Assembly: GCA_038087875.1 (NCBI GenBank)
Contig: CM075989.1
Span: 496,001-560,000 of the forward strand
Reading direction: 5' to 3'
Source: Malacoraja senta
Taxonomy: Eukaryota
DNA: 64,000 bases
Part shown: positions 36,618-47,206 of the stretch, piece by piece
Position numbering within the stretch: the stretch's first letter is position 1
How the letters are laid out: every line of letters starts with the position of its first letter
Notes under the pieces: generated by a model
The model's database searches: none
The model's input: only the letters and a program-made list of their open reading frames with translations
Told to the model about the DNA's origin: nothing
Program-made: the position numbers and the translations under genes

Positions 36618-38878
36618 CCCTCCGCTCCCACCCTCACATATAGAGATCAACTGGTATCTTAGTTCTCCTTTTCTTTACTATGTTTATTTCAATTGTTGTG
36701 TTTCCTGTGATTCCACACCGCTGCTTTGAAGAATGTGCTCTTCACGTAATCCCTCATCGTAACTCCTCATAAAATACAGATCAAACTTCAAACTGGTAAG
36801 TTCTCGTTTAATCTTACTATTATACTGCATCTGCCACGCATCTGCCCACTCACTCAACCTGTCCAGGTCACCCTGCAACCTCCTAACATCCTCTTCACAG
36901 TTCACACTGCCACCCAGCTTTGTGTCCTCTGCAAACTTGCTAGTGTTGCTCCTAATTCCCTCTTCCAAATCATTAATGAATATGGTAAACAGTTGCGGCC
37001 CCCACACCGAGCCTGCCGGCATTCCACTCGCCACTGCCTGCCTTTCTGAAAAGGACCCGTTCACTCCTACTCTATGCCAACCAATTTTCTATCCATGTCA
37101 ACACCCTACCCCCAATACCACGTGCTCTAATTTTAGTCACCAATCTCCCCTGCAGGAACTTATCAAAGGCTTTCGGAAAGTGTAGATACACTACATCCAC
37201 TGGCACTCCTTCATCCATTTTACTTGTCACATCCTCAAAAAATTCCAGAAGATTAGTCAAGCATGATTTCCCTTTCATAAATCCATGTTGACTTGGACTA
37301 ATCCTTTTACTGCCATCCAAATGCCCCATTATTACCTCTTTAATAATTGACTCCAGCATCTTTCCCACCACCGAAGTCAGGCTAACTGGTCTGTAATTTC
37401 CCGTTTTCTCTCTCGCTCCTTTCTTGAAAAGTGAGATAACATTAGCTATCCTCCAATCCACAGGAACTGATCCTGAATCTATTGAACATTGGAAAATGAT
37501 CACCAATGCGTCCACTATTTCTAGAGCCACCTCCCTGAGGACCCTGGGATGCAGACCATCGGGCCCAGGGGATTTATCATCCTTCAGTCCCATTAGCCTA
37601 CCCTATAATATTTCTTGCCTAATAAAAATTTCTTTCAGTTCCTCTAACCCCTTAGATCCTCTGTCCTCCAGTACATCTGGGAGATTGTTTGTGTCTTCCT
37701 TAGTGAAGACAGATCCGAAGTACCTATTCAACTCTTCTGCCATGTCCTTGTTGCCCATAATAATTTCACCCGTGTCTGCCTTGAAGGGACCCACATTTGA
37801 CTTTGCTACTCTTTTTCACTTAACATATCTAAAGAAGCTTTTCCTCTTTACTGTCCTTCTTTATATTCCTGGCCAGCTTCCCTTCGTACTTCATCTTTTC
37901 AGCCTATATTGCCCGTTTTGTTTCCTTCTGTTGTCCTATGAAAGTTTCCCAATCCTCTGGCTTCCGGCTACTCTTTGCTGTGTTATACACTTTTCTTTTA
38001 GTTGTATTCTATCCCTAACTGCTCTTGTCAGCCACAGTTGCCTCCTACTCCCCTTAGAATCCTTCTTCCTTTTTGGAATGAAATGATCCTGCGTCTTCCG
38101 GATTATGCCCAGAAATTCCTGCCATTGCTGTTCCACCATCATTCCTGCTAGGATCCCTTTCCAGTCTACCTTGGCCAGCTCCCCCCTCATGCCTTCATAG
38201 TCCCCTTTGATCAACTGCATCACTGACACTTCCGATTTAACCTTCTCCTTCTGAAATTGCAGATTAAAACTAATCATATTATGATCACTACCTCCAAGCG
38301 GTTCCTTTACCTCGAGTTCTCTTGTCATAACTGGTTCATTGGACAACACTAAATCCAGAATTGCCTTTTCTCTGATCAGCTCCATTACGTTGCTCTAAGA
38401 ATCCATCTCGGAGGCAATCTACAAACTCTCTTTCTTGGGGTCCTGAACCAACCTGATTTTCCCAGTCTTACCTGCATATTGAAATCCCCCATCACCACAG
38501 TGGCATTACATTTGTTACATGCCGGTTTTAACTCCTGCTGCAACTTACACCCAACATCCGGGCTACTATTTGGGGGTCTGTAAATAACACCAATTAGTGT
38601 CTTCTTGCCTTTACAATTCCACAACTCAATCCACAGTGACTCTACCTCGTCAGTCCTTATGTCTTCCCTCGCAAGGGACTGAATTCCATCCCTCACCAGC
38701 AGAGCTACCCCCTCTCTGCCCACCTGCCTGTCAAACACAGAAACATAGAAAGTAGGTGCAGGAGTAGGCCATTCGGCCCTTTGAGCCTGCACCGCCATTC
38801 AATATGATCATGGGTGATCATCCAACTCAGTATCCTGTACCTGCCTTCTCTCCATACCCCCTGATCCCTTTAGCCACA

Positions 38879-41800
38879 AGCCGTGCATGTTCCTTTAACA
38901 TGGTGACCTCACTTCTACTAACCACTCCCCATTAGCTTCAGTATAAATGTAACCTTCCCACCCCTAGCTCGCTCTCTAGCTCCGGTAACGGACCACGAAC
39001 AGCTAGGGCAATATGTGTGTATACGAATACAATGTATGCAATAAACTAGAGTGAAGACACCCTGTGTTTGGACAGTCTTTACATGGTGTCAAGAAGTTAA
39101 CCCTGCGTCTCCTGTTCATCGGGTTTGTTTTCTTTTCTCCAAGTGTTTATTTTCCTTTCCAACTATTTATGTACTATGGCCACCTCGTGTCGAAAGCCTG
39201 ACGTTCTGGTGTTTGACTCGGACATCGTCCACCGGTGGACTATTTTCCGGCGCGACTTCCAGCACTATGTCGCCATCGCTCATCCTAATATTACCCCTGC
39301 GATTACAGCACATCTGCTCCTCAACCTGGCTGGCCCGGAGGCCATGGAACGTTCTGAATCTTTTGAGTACGCCGATGGTGAGAATGCAGAGGACCCCGTG
39401 TGTCTCATCAATAAATTTGCGGCGCTGTGTGACATTCCCACCAACTCCATTCTAGAGCGGTTCAAGTTTTTCAGCAGGCGCCAGATACCCGGGGAGCACA
39501 TCGATACCTTTGTGGCATCGCTGCGTCACCTGGCCCGGCGTTGCCACCTGGAGACGTTGACCCCCGATCAGTTGATCAGAGATGTCCTAGTTCACGGTCT
39601 ACAGGACGTGAAGCTACGGGCTGAGCTTCTGAGAAAGCCGGACCTCACTTTAAACGACGCTTTGCATGCCTCTCGCATGTCTGCTGCTGTCGACGCCGTA
39701 TCTCCCCCTGAAGCTGAGGACATTAACTATGCCGGTGCTGCTGGACGCCCGCGGCGCGATGGCCCGCCACGCCAGCGTAGCACCCCTGCGCCTGCAAGGG
39801 TCAACCCTCGCCGATGCCCAAACTGCAACTTTGTCAATCATCAATTTGATGTTTGCCCTGCTCTGGGTAAGACTTGTAATTTGTGTAAGAAGCTTAATCA
39901 CTTCTCCGCATCGTGCCGTTCCAGGGGCCAGCCTCTCCCTGCTCCGAGAAAGAGTCTACACAACCTGACTGCTACTGACAGTGTTTATGACTCCGAATAC
40001 CTTCCAGTCGAACTCCCTGATTCTGATAACAGCTCCTCCCATGATGAATCGCTTGTTTTTTCAGTCCTGGGTGCACATGCTTTGATAGCTGATCCATCAG
40101 TTCGAGTTACTGTGAATGGGATGACCTTCTCTGCTAAGGTAGATACGGGGGCGTTTACGAATATTATGTCGTTAAGTCTTTTTCAACAGATAAGAGCTGG
40201 TGAGAACATTACCGCTGATCACTCCCGCCTCCGTGCATATGGGGGGAGCATGCTATTCCCAGTCGGCAAGGCCACCCTTATCTGCTCAGTTCTGAAGGCC
40301 TCTCGGCCCCTCTCTTTCCTCCTGCTGGAATCTGAGAATGTTACTCTGTTGGGCGCCCGTGCGTGCCAGGACCTCGGTTTGGTGTCCTTCCACCACGACA
40401 TCCACCCGGTGCAGACCCCCATGGATCCCATGTGCGAGTACCCCGACCGTTTTGACGAAGTATTGGGCAAACTACCCTGCAAGTACGAAATCGAGGTGGA
40501 CCCGGAGGTCCATCCGGTAGTCCGCCCTCCTCACCGCGTCTCCTTTGCTATGAAGGACAAGGTGGAGTCCACTCTACGCCAGATGGTGGCCATGGGCATC
40601 ATCAAGGAAGTGAGCGATGCCACCCGGTGGGTCTCCACCATGGTCGTTGCTGCTAAGAAGGACAAGAGTGAGATTCGGATCTGTATCAACCCCAAGGACC
40701 TAAACCTTGCCATCAAGCGCCCGCACTACCCCATGCGAACGGTGGAGGATGTCGCTGCAAAGGTTGGCCCGGCCACTGTATTCTCTGTCCTCAATGCCAA
40801 GAACTCTTTCTGGCAGATTCCGCTGGATGAACGTTCATCTTTACTGACCACGTTTGGTACACCTTTCGGCAGGTTCTGTTTCCTCCGCATGCCTTTTGGG
40901 ATCAATTCTGCCAGCGAGGTTTTCCAGCGCACCATGGAACAGCTATTTGCAGGTCTGCCGTGTGCTATCATCGTTGATGACATCTTGGTGTACGGGAGGG
41001 ACGTCGCTGAGCACGACCTCCACCTCCGTCTGGTCCTGGATCGGGCTCGGGAAATCAACCTCAAACTGAACCCCAAGAAGTGCCGTTTCCGCGTCCCGGA
41101 GGTCACCTACGTGGGCCACGTTTTTACGGCTGAGGGTCTGAAACCAGACCCACAGAAGACAACTGCGGTCTCAGAGATGCCAGCTCCGGTCAACGTGCCA
41201 AGCCTGCAACGCTTCTTGGGCATGATGAACTATCTGGGGAAATTTATTCCCGACCTCAGCGAGCTGAGTGCGCCCCTGAGGGAACTGACCAAGATGGACA
41301 CTGCCTGGGTTTGGTACCCGCTGCATCAGGCAGCCTTCGATGACTTGAAATCCCGGCTGGTTCGCACCCCCACTCTGAAGTTCTTCGACTTAAAGCGCCC
41401 TATTGTCATTACCTGCGATGCATCAAGTTTCGGTCTCGGTGCCGCCTGTCTGCAGATTCACGACCGCCTGCAGCTACCTGTCTCCTACGCCTCCCGCACC
41501 ATGACTCCAACCGAGCAACGCTACGCTCAGATCGAGAAGGAGCTCCTTGCCGTGGTGTTTGCCTGCTCGAAGTTCAGGGACTACATTCTGGGTAACACTT
41601 TCACTATTGAAACCGACCACCAGCCGCTGGTCACGATCTTAAACAAACCGATCCACGTTGCCTCTTCCCGTTTGCAGCGTATGATGCTGCAACTCCAACG
41701 CTTCACATTTCAAATCGTGTACCGCAAGTGCAAGGACATGTTTGTGGCTGACACGCTGTCCCGCGCACCGCTGGCTTCTACAGCCCGCCACCCGTACGAG

Positions 41801-43608
41801 TCATCCGACCTGATGGTGCTAAACGTCAACTTCATGCCTTCCCAGCAGATGCAGTCCCTGATTCACCACACTGCCAAGGATCCTGCCCTGCAACAGCTTA
41901 TAGACGTCATCCGTCGCGGCTGGCCTGACCGTCGCTCACCCTTGCCGGCTGGTGCTGCGCCCTACTTCCTAGTCCGGGACGAACTTGTGCTGCAGGGCGG
42001 CGTGGTGGTGAAGGGCCACAAGGTTGTGGTGCCTGCCGCTCTGCGGGACCACTATTTCCAAACTGCCCACAACGGCCATCCCGGTGCCGATGCCACCCTG
42101 TCCCAGGCCCAGAGCCAATTTTATTGGCCCAGCATGGCACAGGACATCCGGGAGAGGGTCTCTGCCTGCGCCACCTGCAATACCCTCTCTCCCCACCAGC
42201 AACGCCAGCCACTCCTGCAACAGCCTGCCCCCGCCCTGGCGTGGATGGCGGTCGCTACGGACATATTTGAGTGGCGTGGCAAACATTTCCTGGTCCTGGT
42301 CGACTCTTACTCCAGCTGGTTCGAGATTAAGCGTCTGCACTCCCTCACTTCTGCTGCGGTCATCGGGACGTTGCAACCCCTCTTTGCAACCTTTGGCATT
42401 CCTGTGACTGTGCAGTCTGACAACGGGGGCCAGTTCACGAGTGCTGAGTTCCGCGCATTCGCCGCCGCCTACAACTTTCGCCACATCACCAGCAGCCCGG
42501 AGTACCCGCAGAGCAACGGCCTTGCTGAGCGCGCCGTCCGCAGTGCCAAGGAGCTGCTGGAACATTGCAGACTGTCGCATTCGGATTTTTATCTCGCTCT
42601 ACTGAATCTCCGAAATATTAGTCGCGACCCTGCCATGGGCTCACCGGCTCAACGGCTCATGTCCCGCACCACTCGCCCTCCAATCCCTGTCTCCCAGCGG
42701 TCGCTACAGCCCGCAGTCCGCAGCCCTGCTGCTGTCAAGAAGCGTATTACCCAGAAACAGGTCGTCCAGAAGCGCTCCCACGACAAGTCATGCCGTCCCC
42801 TTCAGCCCCTCTTCGAGGGCCAGGTCGTCCAGATGCAGTCCCCCTCCAGACACCACCGCTTGGCTGTTGTCATCGGCTTTGCCGACTCTCCGCGCTCTTA
42901 CCTGGTTGACTACGAGGGCACAATCTACCGCCGGTCCCGCCAGCATTTGCTGCCGGTCAACGAGCCCGCTCCGCCTCCCGCAGCCCCTTTTGCTCCCCCG
43001 GTTGCCGCCTCGTTGCCTCCCGCTCCTCTGCCCTCACGACCCTTGGCGCCCCGTTCTCCCGCTGCTCCTCCTGGCCCCCCCCATCAGCCATCTCCCGCTC
43101 GCGTGCCCGTTGCGGTGCCCTTGTCTCCTCCCCGGTCTCCTCGTTCTCCCCCTCCTGCTCACTCCCCTTTCGGTTCACCTATCGCCGCTCCTGCCCCGGT
43201 GCCCACTCTACCTTCGGAGGGGAGGGGAGGCGGGCTGCATACCCGCTCCGGGCGTCTGGTCAAGCCGCCTGAACATTACGGGGAGTTTGCTTGAATGTTT
43301 TAAGTTTTTCCTGACGATGTACGCGCGGGTTTGTGCCTAGCGTATGAGTCGTGGTCTCACTGTCATCATTGCTATGTTTCCCTTTTCAAGGGGAAGGATG
43401 TAGAGCCGTGCATGTTCCTTTAACATGGTGACCTCACTTCTACTAACCACTCCCCATTAGCTTCAGTATAAATGTAACCTTCCCACCCCTAGCTCGCTCT
43501 CTAGCTCCGGTAACGGACCACGAACAGCTAGGGCAATATGTGTGTATACGAATACAATGTATGCAATAAACTAGAGTGAAGACACCCTGTGTTTGGACAG
43601 TCTTTACA
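38879..43608 (+). mobile_element. Gypsy (Mag-like) LTR retrotransposon 2, very recent
   Basis: LTRs 38879-39083 and 43399-43608 identical by eye except that the 5' copy lacks TGTAG; PBS TGGTGTCAAGAAGT (tRNA-Leu-like) 39084-39097; PPT AAGGGGAAGGA 43388-43398. Confidence 0.97.
39176..43294 (+). CDS. Gag-Pol polyprotein, 1372 aa (gag, protease, RT, RNaseH, integrase)
   Basis: Two Cys/His knuckles, VDTGA, LRMPFGI, IVDD, TCDAS/EKE/TDH, HNGH..CATC, TD..SDNG..GLAER, C-terminal TRSGRLVKPP. Confidence 0.95.
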   Translation: MATSCRKPDVLVFDSDIVHRWTIFRRDFQHYVAIAHPNITPAITAHLLLNLAGPEAMERSESFEYADGENAEDPVCLINKFAALCDIPTNSILERFKFFSRRQIPGEHIDTFVASLRHLARRCHLETLTPDQLIRDVLVHGLQDVKLRAELLRKPDLTLNDALHASRMSAAVDAVSPPEAEDINYAGAAGRPRRDGPPRQRSTPAPARVNPRRCPNCNFVNHQFDVCPALGKTCNLCKKLNHFSASCRSRGQPLPAPRKSLHNLTATDSVYDSEYLPVELPDSDNSSSHDESLVFSVLGAHALIADPSVRVTVNGMTFSAKVDTGAFTNIMSLSLFQQIRAGENITADHSRLRAYGGSMLFPVGKATLICSVLKASRPLSFLLLESENVTLLGARACQDLGLVSFHHDIHPVQTPMDPMCEYPDRFDEVLGKLPCKYEIEVDPEVHPVVRPPHRVSFAMKDKVESTLRQMVAMGIIKEVSDATRWVSTMVVAAKKDKSEIRICINPKDLNLAIKRPHYPMRTVEDVAAKVGPATVFSVLNAKNSFWQIPLDERSSLLTTFGTPFGRFCFLRMPFGINSASEVFQRTMEQLFAGLPCAIIVDDILVYGRDVAEHDLHLRLVLDRAREINLKLNPKKCRFRVPEVTYVGHVFTAEGLKPDPQKTTAVSEMPAPVNVPSLQRFLGMMNYLGKFIPDLSELSAPLRELTKMDTAWVWYPLHQAAFDDLKSRLVRTPTLKFFDLKRPIVITCDASSFGLGAACLQIHDRLQLPVSYASRTMTPTEQRYAQIEKELLAVVFACSKFRDYILGNTFTIETDHQPLVTILNKPIHVASSRLQRMMLQLQRFTFQIVYRKCKDMFVADTLSRAPLASTARHPYESSDLMVLNVNFMPSQQMQSLIHHTAKDPALQQLIDVIRRGWPDRRSPLPAGAAPYFLVRDELVLQGGVVVKGHKVVVPAALRDHYFQTAHNGHPGADATLSQAQSQFYWPSMAQDIRERVSACATCNTLSPHQQRQPLLQQPAPALAWMAVATDIFEWRGKHFLVLVDSYSSWFEIKRLHSLTSAAVIGTLQPLFATFGIPVTVQSDNGGQFTSAEFRAFAAAYNFRHITSSPEYPQSNGLAERAVRSAKELLEHCRLSHSDFYLALLNLRNISRDPAMGSPAQRLMSRTTRPPIPVSQRSLQPAVRSPAAVKKRITQKQVVQKRSHDKSCRPLQPLFEGQVVQMQSPSRHHRLAVVIGFADSPRSYLVDYEGTIYRRSRQHLLPVNEPAPPPAAPFAPPVAASLPPAPLPSRPLAPRSPAAPPGPPHQPSPARVPVAVPLSPPRSPRSPPPAHSPFGSPIAAPAPVPTLPSEGRGGGLHTRSGRLVKPPEHYGEFA

Positions 43609-45611
43609 GGCCACATCTAACTCCCTCTTAAATATAGCCAATGAACTGGCCTCAACTACCTTCTGTGGCAGAGAATTCCAGAGATTCACCACTCTCTGTG
43701 TGAAAAATGTTTTTCTCATCTCGCTCCTAATAGATTTCCCCCTTATCCTTAAACTGACCCCTTGTTCTGGACTTCCCCAACATCGGGAACAAGCTTCCTG
43801 CATCTAGCCTGTCCAACCCCTTAAGAATTTTGTAAGTTTCTATAAGATCCCCCCTCAATCTTCTAAATTCTAGTGAGTACAAGCCAAGTCTATCCAGTCT
43901 TTCTTCATATGAAAGTCATTACATCCCAGGAATCAGGCTGGTGAACCTTCTCTGTACTCCCTCTATGGCAAGAATGTCTTTCCTCAGATTTGGAGACCAA
44001 AACTGTACGCAATACTCCAGTTGTGGTCTCACCAAGACCCTGTACATCTGCAGTAGAACCTCCCTGCTCCTATACTCAAATCCTTTTGCTATGAATGCTA
44101 ACATACTATTCGCTTTCTTCACTGCCTGCTGCACCTGCATGCCTACTTTCAATGACTGGTGTACCATGACACCCAGGTCTCGTTGCATCTCCCATTTTCC
44201 TAATCGGCCACCATTCAGATAATTGTCTACTTTCCTGTTTTTGCCACCAAGGTGGATAACCTCACATTTACCCACATTATACTGCATCTGCCAAACATTT
44301 TCCCACGCACCCAGCCTATCCAAGTCACCTTGCAGCCTCCTAGCATCCACCTCACAGCTAACACTGCCCCCCAGCTTTGTGTCATCCGCAAACCTGGAGA
44401 TGTTGCATTCAATTCCCTCGTCCAAATCATTAATATATATTGTAAATAGCTGGGGTTCCAGCACTGAGCCTTGCGGTACCCCACTAGTCACTGCCTGCCA
44501 TTCTGAAAAGGACCCGCTTACTCCTACTCTTTGCTTCCTGTCTGCCAGCCAGTTCTCTATCCACATCAATACTGAACCCCCAATTCCGTGTGCTTTAAGT
44601 TTGTATACTAATCTCTTATGTGGGACCTTGTCAAAAGCCTTCTGAAAGTCCAGATATAACACATCCACTGGTTCTCCCTTATCCACTCTACTAGTTACAT
44701 CCTCGAAAAATTCTATAAGATTCGTCTGACATGATTTACCTTTTGTAAATCCGTGCTGACTTTGTCCAATGATTTCACCACTTTCCAAATGTGCTGCTAT
44801 CCCATCTTTAATAACTGACTCTAGCAGTTTCCCCACTACCGATGTTAGACTAACTGGTCTGTAATTCTCCATTTTCTCTCTCCCTCCCTTTTTAAAAAGT
44901 GGGGTTACATTAGCTACCCTCCAATCCTCAGGAACTACTGCAGAATCAAAAGAGTTTTGAAAAATTATCACTAATGCATCCACTATTTCTGGGGCTACTT
45001 CCTTAAGTACTCTGGGATGCAGCCTATCTGGCCCTGGGGATTTATCGGCCTTTAATCCATTCAATTTACCTAACACCACTTCCCGGCTAACCTGGATTTC
45101 ACTCAGTTCCTCCATCTCATTTGACCCCCGATCCCCTGCTATTTCCGGCAGATTATTTATGTCTTCCTTAGTGAAGACAGAACCGAAGCAGTGATTCAAT
45201 TGGTCTGCCATGTCCTTGTTCCCCATGATCAATTCACCTGTTTCTGACTGCAAGGGACCAACATTTGTTTTCACTAATCTTTTTCTCTTCGCATAACTAT
45301 AAAAACGTTTGCTATCCTTTCTATAGGATGTATAACCCTGAATATTAAGTTCCCAGGCCCGATCTACCTGCAGCCATGTTTCAGTAATCCCCACAATGTC
45401 ATATCTATCAACCTCTAACTGAGCCTCAAACTCATCTACCTTACTTCATATGCTTCGCGCATTCATATACAATACTTTCGCATCTCATCTTTCACATCGT
45501 TCCCTATTACACTTGGCCATACCCTCCTATCCCTTTGTGAGCTTCCTTTCCCGTTAATTCTGGGGTCATTAACCATCCCTTTACTCTCTTTCCCTTTAAC
45601 TCCGTCCTCGA

Positions 45612-46568
45612 CTATCCCATTTGACACCCCATCCCTCTTATCCAGTTTAAAACCACCCGTGTAGCAGTGGCAAACCTGCCTGCCAGAATGCTGGTCCCCC
45701 ACCTGTTAAGATGCAATCCGTCCATTTTGTACAGTTCCCCCTTAGTCCAAAACAGATCCCAATGATCTAAGAATCTAAATCCCTGCCCCCTGCACCAGTT
45801 CCTCAGGCACACATTCAGGTCCCGTATATCCCTGTTCCTGCTCTCGCCAGCACGAGGAACTGGAAGCAAACCGGAGATAACAACCCTGGAGGTCTTGCTT
45901 TTCAGCATTTTTACGAGCTCTCTAAAGTCACGCTGCAGAATATTCATCCTCTTCTTTCCGACATCGTTTGTGCCGACATGCACTACCACTTCCGGCTGTT
46001 CACCTTCACCCTTGAGGATTTTCTGCACTCTGTCCGTGACATCCTGGATCCTGGCACCAGGAAGGCAGCACACTATCCTCGAATCCCGTCTGTTGCTGCA
46101 AAAACCGCTGTCCGTACCTCTAACAATGGAGTCTCCAACTACAATGGCATTGCCTGACGTTGGCCTCTTTGGTTTTGGCTCAACAGCCCTTTTTGCTTCG
46201 CAAGCCAGTCCGCCACTCAGTGTGATAACGTCTTCTGTCCCGACAGCTTCTAAGTGGGTGAACCTGTTCACAAGAGGTACAACACCCGGGGACCTTTGCA
46301 TTCCATGTTTCCCTCCCTTTCTCACTGTCACCCACCTTCTCTCTTCCAGTACCTTAGGTGTAACAATCTTACTGTAGGACTTGTCGAGGAACGACTCAGT
46401 TTCTCGGACGAACCTGAGGCCATCCACTTGCTTCTCCAGTTCCCCAACACGGTCCTTCAGGAGCTGTACCTGGATGCACTTCTCACATTTGTAGCAGCCA
46501 GAGGCACCAGCAGTGTCCTTGACCTCCCACATACTGCAAGCATCACACTGAATCAGCTTGCGTGACAT
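45612..46568 (-). CDS. CR1 ORF1p with Zn finger/leucine zipper and SGNH esterase domain
   Basis: CDAC..CEKC then heptad LLKDRVGELEKQVDGL; VVGDSIVR, CLPGA, VHVGTND, DGLHLN. Confidence 0.9.
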   Translation of the reverse strand: MSRKLIQCDACSMWEVKDTAGASGCYKCEKCIQVQLLKDRVGELEKQVDGLRFVRETESFLDKSYSKIVTPKVLEERRWVTVRKGGKHGMQRSPGVVPLVNRFTHLEAVGTEDVITLSGGLACEAKRAVEPKPKRPTSGNAIVVGDSIVRGTDSGFCSNRRDSRIVCCLPGARIQDVTDRVQKILKGEGEQPEVVVHVGTNDVGKKRMNILQRDFRELVKMLKSKTSRVVISGLLPVPRAGESRNRDIRDLNVCLRNWCRGQGFRFLDHWDLFWTKGELYKMDGLHLNRWGTSILAGRFATATRVVLNWIRGMGCQMG

Positions 46569-47076
46569 CTCCTTCTTTCATCTCTCCCTCTCCAGCGTTT
46601 TGTGTAGCCTCCTCTCCTCAGCCTCCTCACTGAAGACTCTCGAGCCAAAGACTCACACTTTATTCACAGGTCACTTCCCTCACTGCTGCTCCCGAAGAGC
46701 CGTCCTGCTTATATTGACTGGTAAATTGCCTAATTTACCAATTTACAAATCAAATTTCTCAGTTTTAAACTGTTTTCCCCCTCTGACTCGCTTCTAACTC
46801 TCATCCAACTCGGGCTAGAGCCAATCAGTGCTATATCCTGCTTCTCTTTGTTGCTGTTGCTTCAAAATCCACGGGAGCTCTGAGTTAAGTCTGCCTGTGC
46901 TTTGCCTCTCCTTTTCAACTGTTTTCCCCCTCTGACTCACTTCTAACTCTCCTCCCACTCGGGCTCAAGCCAATCAGTGCTTTTCGAGCCTTTTCGAGCT
47001 TTTAGAGCCAATCAGATTTATCGGCTTAAAACACTATTATTCTGACATGGAGGGCAAGGAAAATTACTGAAGTGTT

Positions 47077-47206
47077 TAAGAAGGAACTGCAGATGCGGGA
47101 AAATTCGAAGGTACACAAAAATGCTGGAGAAACTCAGCGGGTGCAGCAGCATCTATGGAGCGAAGGTGATAGGCAATGTTTTGGGCCGAAACCCTTCTTC
47201 AGACTG
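47077..47206 (-). repeat. Short Penelope-derived element with hammerhead-like core and 15-bp TSD
   Basis: Minus strand TCAGT-CTGAAGA-AGGGT-TTCG-GCCC-AAAAC; AATTACTGAAGTGTT at 47062-47076 and 47207-47221. Confidence 0.7.

Larger units (their letters stand above)
31982..36821 (+). mobile_element. DIRS-type retrotransposon B, nearly intact
   Basis: Inverted termini, ICR 36505-36617, open gag, RT-RNaseH-MT and YR ORFs with few lesions. Confidence 0.95.
38733..45314 (-). mobile_element. CR1-B, 5'-truncated, split by Gypsy 2
   Basis: Tail at 38735-38880; TAGCCACAAG|GGCCACATC rejoins across the Gypsy; RT at 43919-45310. Confidence 0.9.
31149..46990 (-). mobile_element. Full-length CR1-A (5' UTR, esterase ORF1, EN-RT ORF2, tail) in three pieces: 31149-31981, 36822-38732, ~45315-46990
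   Basis: CATTTATCTA|TATTATACTGC rejoins across DIRS B; CCTGCCTGTC|CTTTCTATAGG rejoins across the CR1-B insertion (compare the uninterrupted copy at 62360-62410). Confidence 0.85.
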
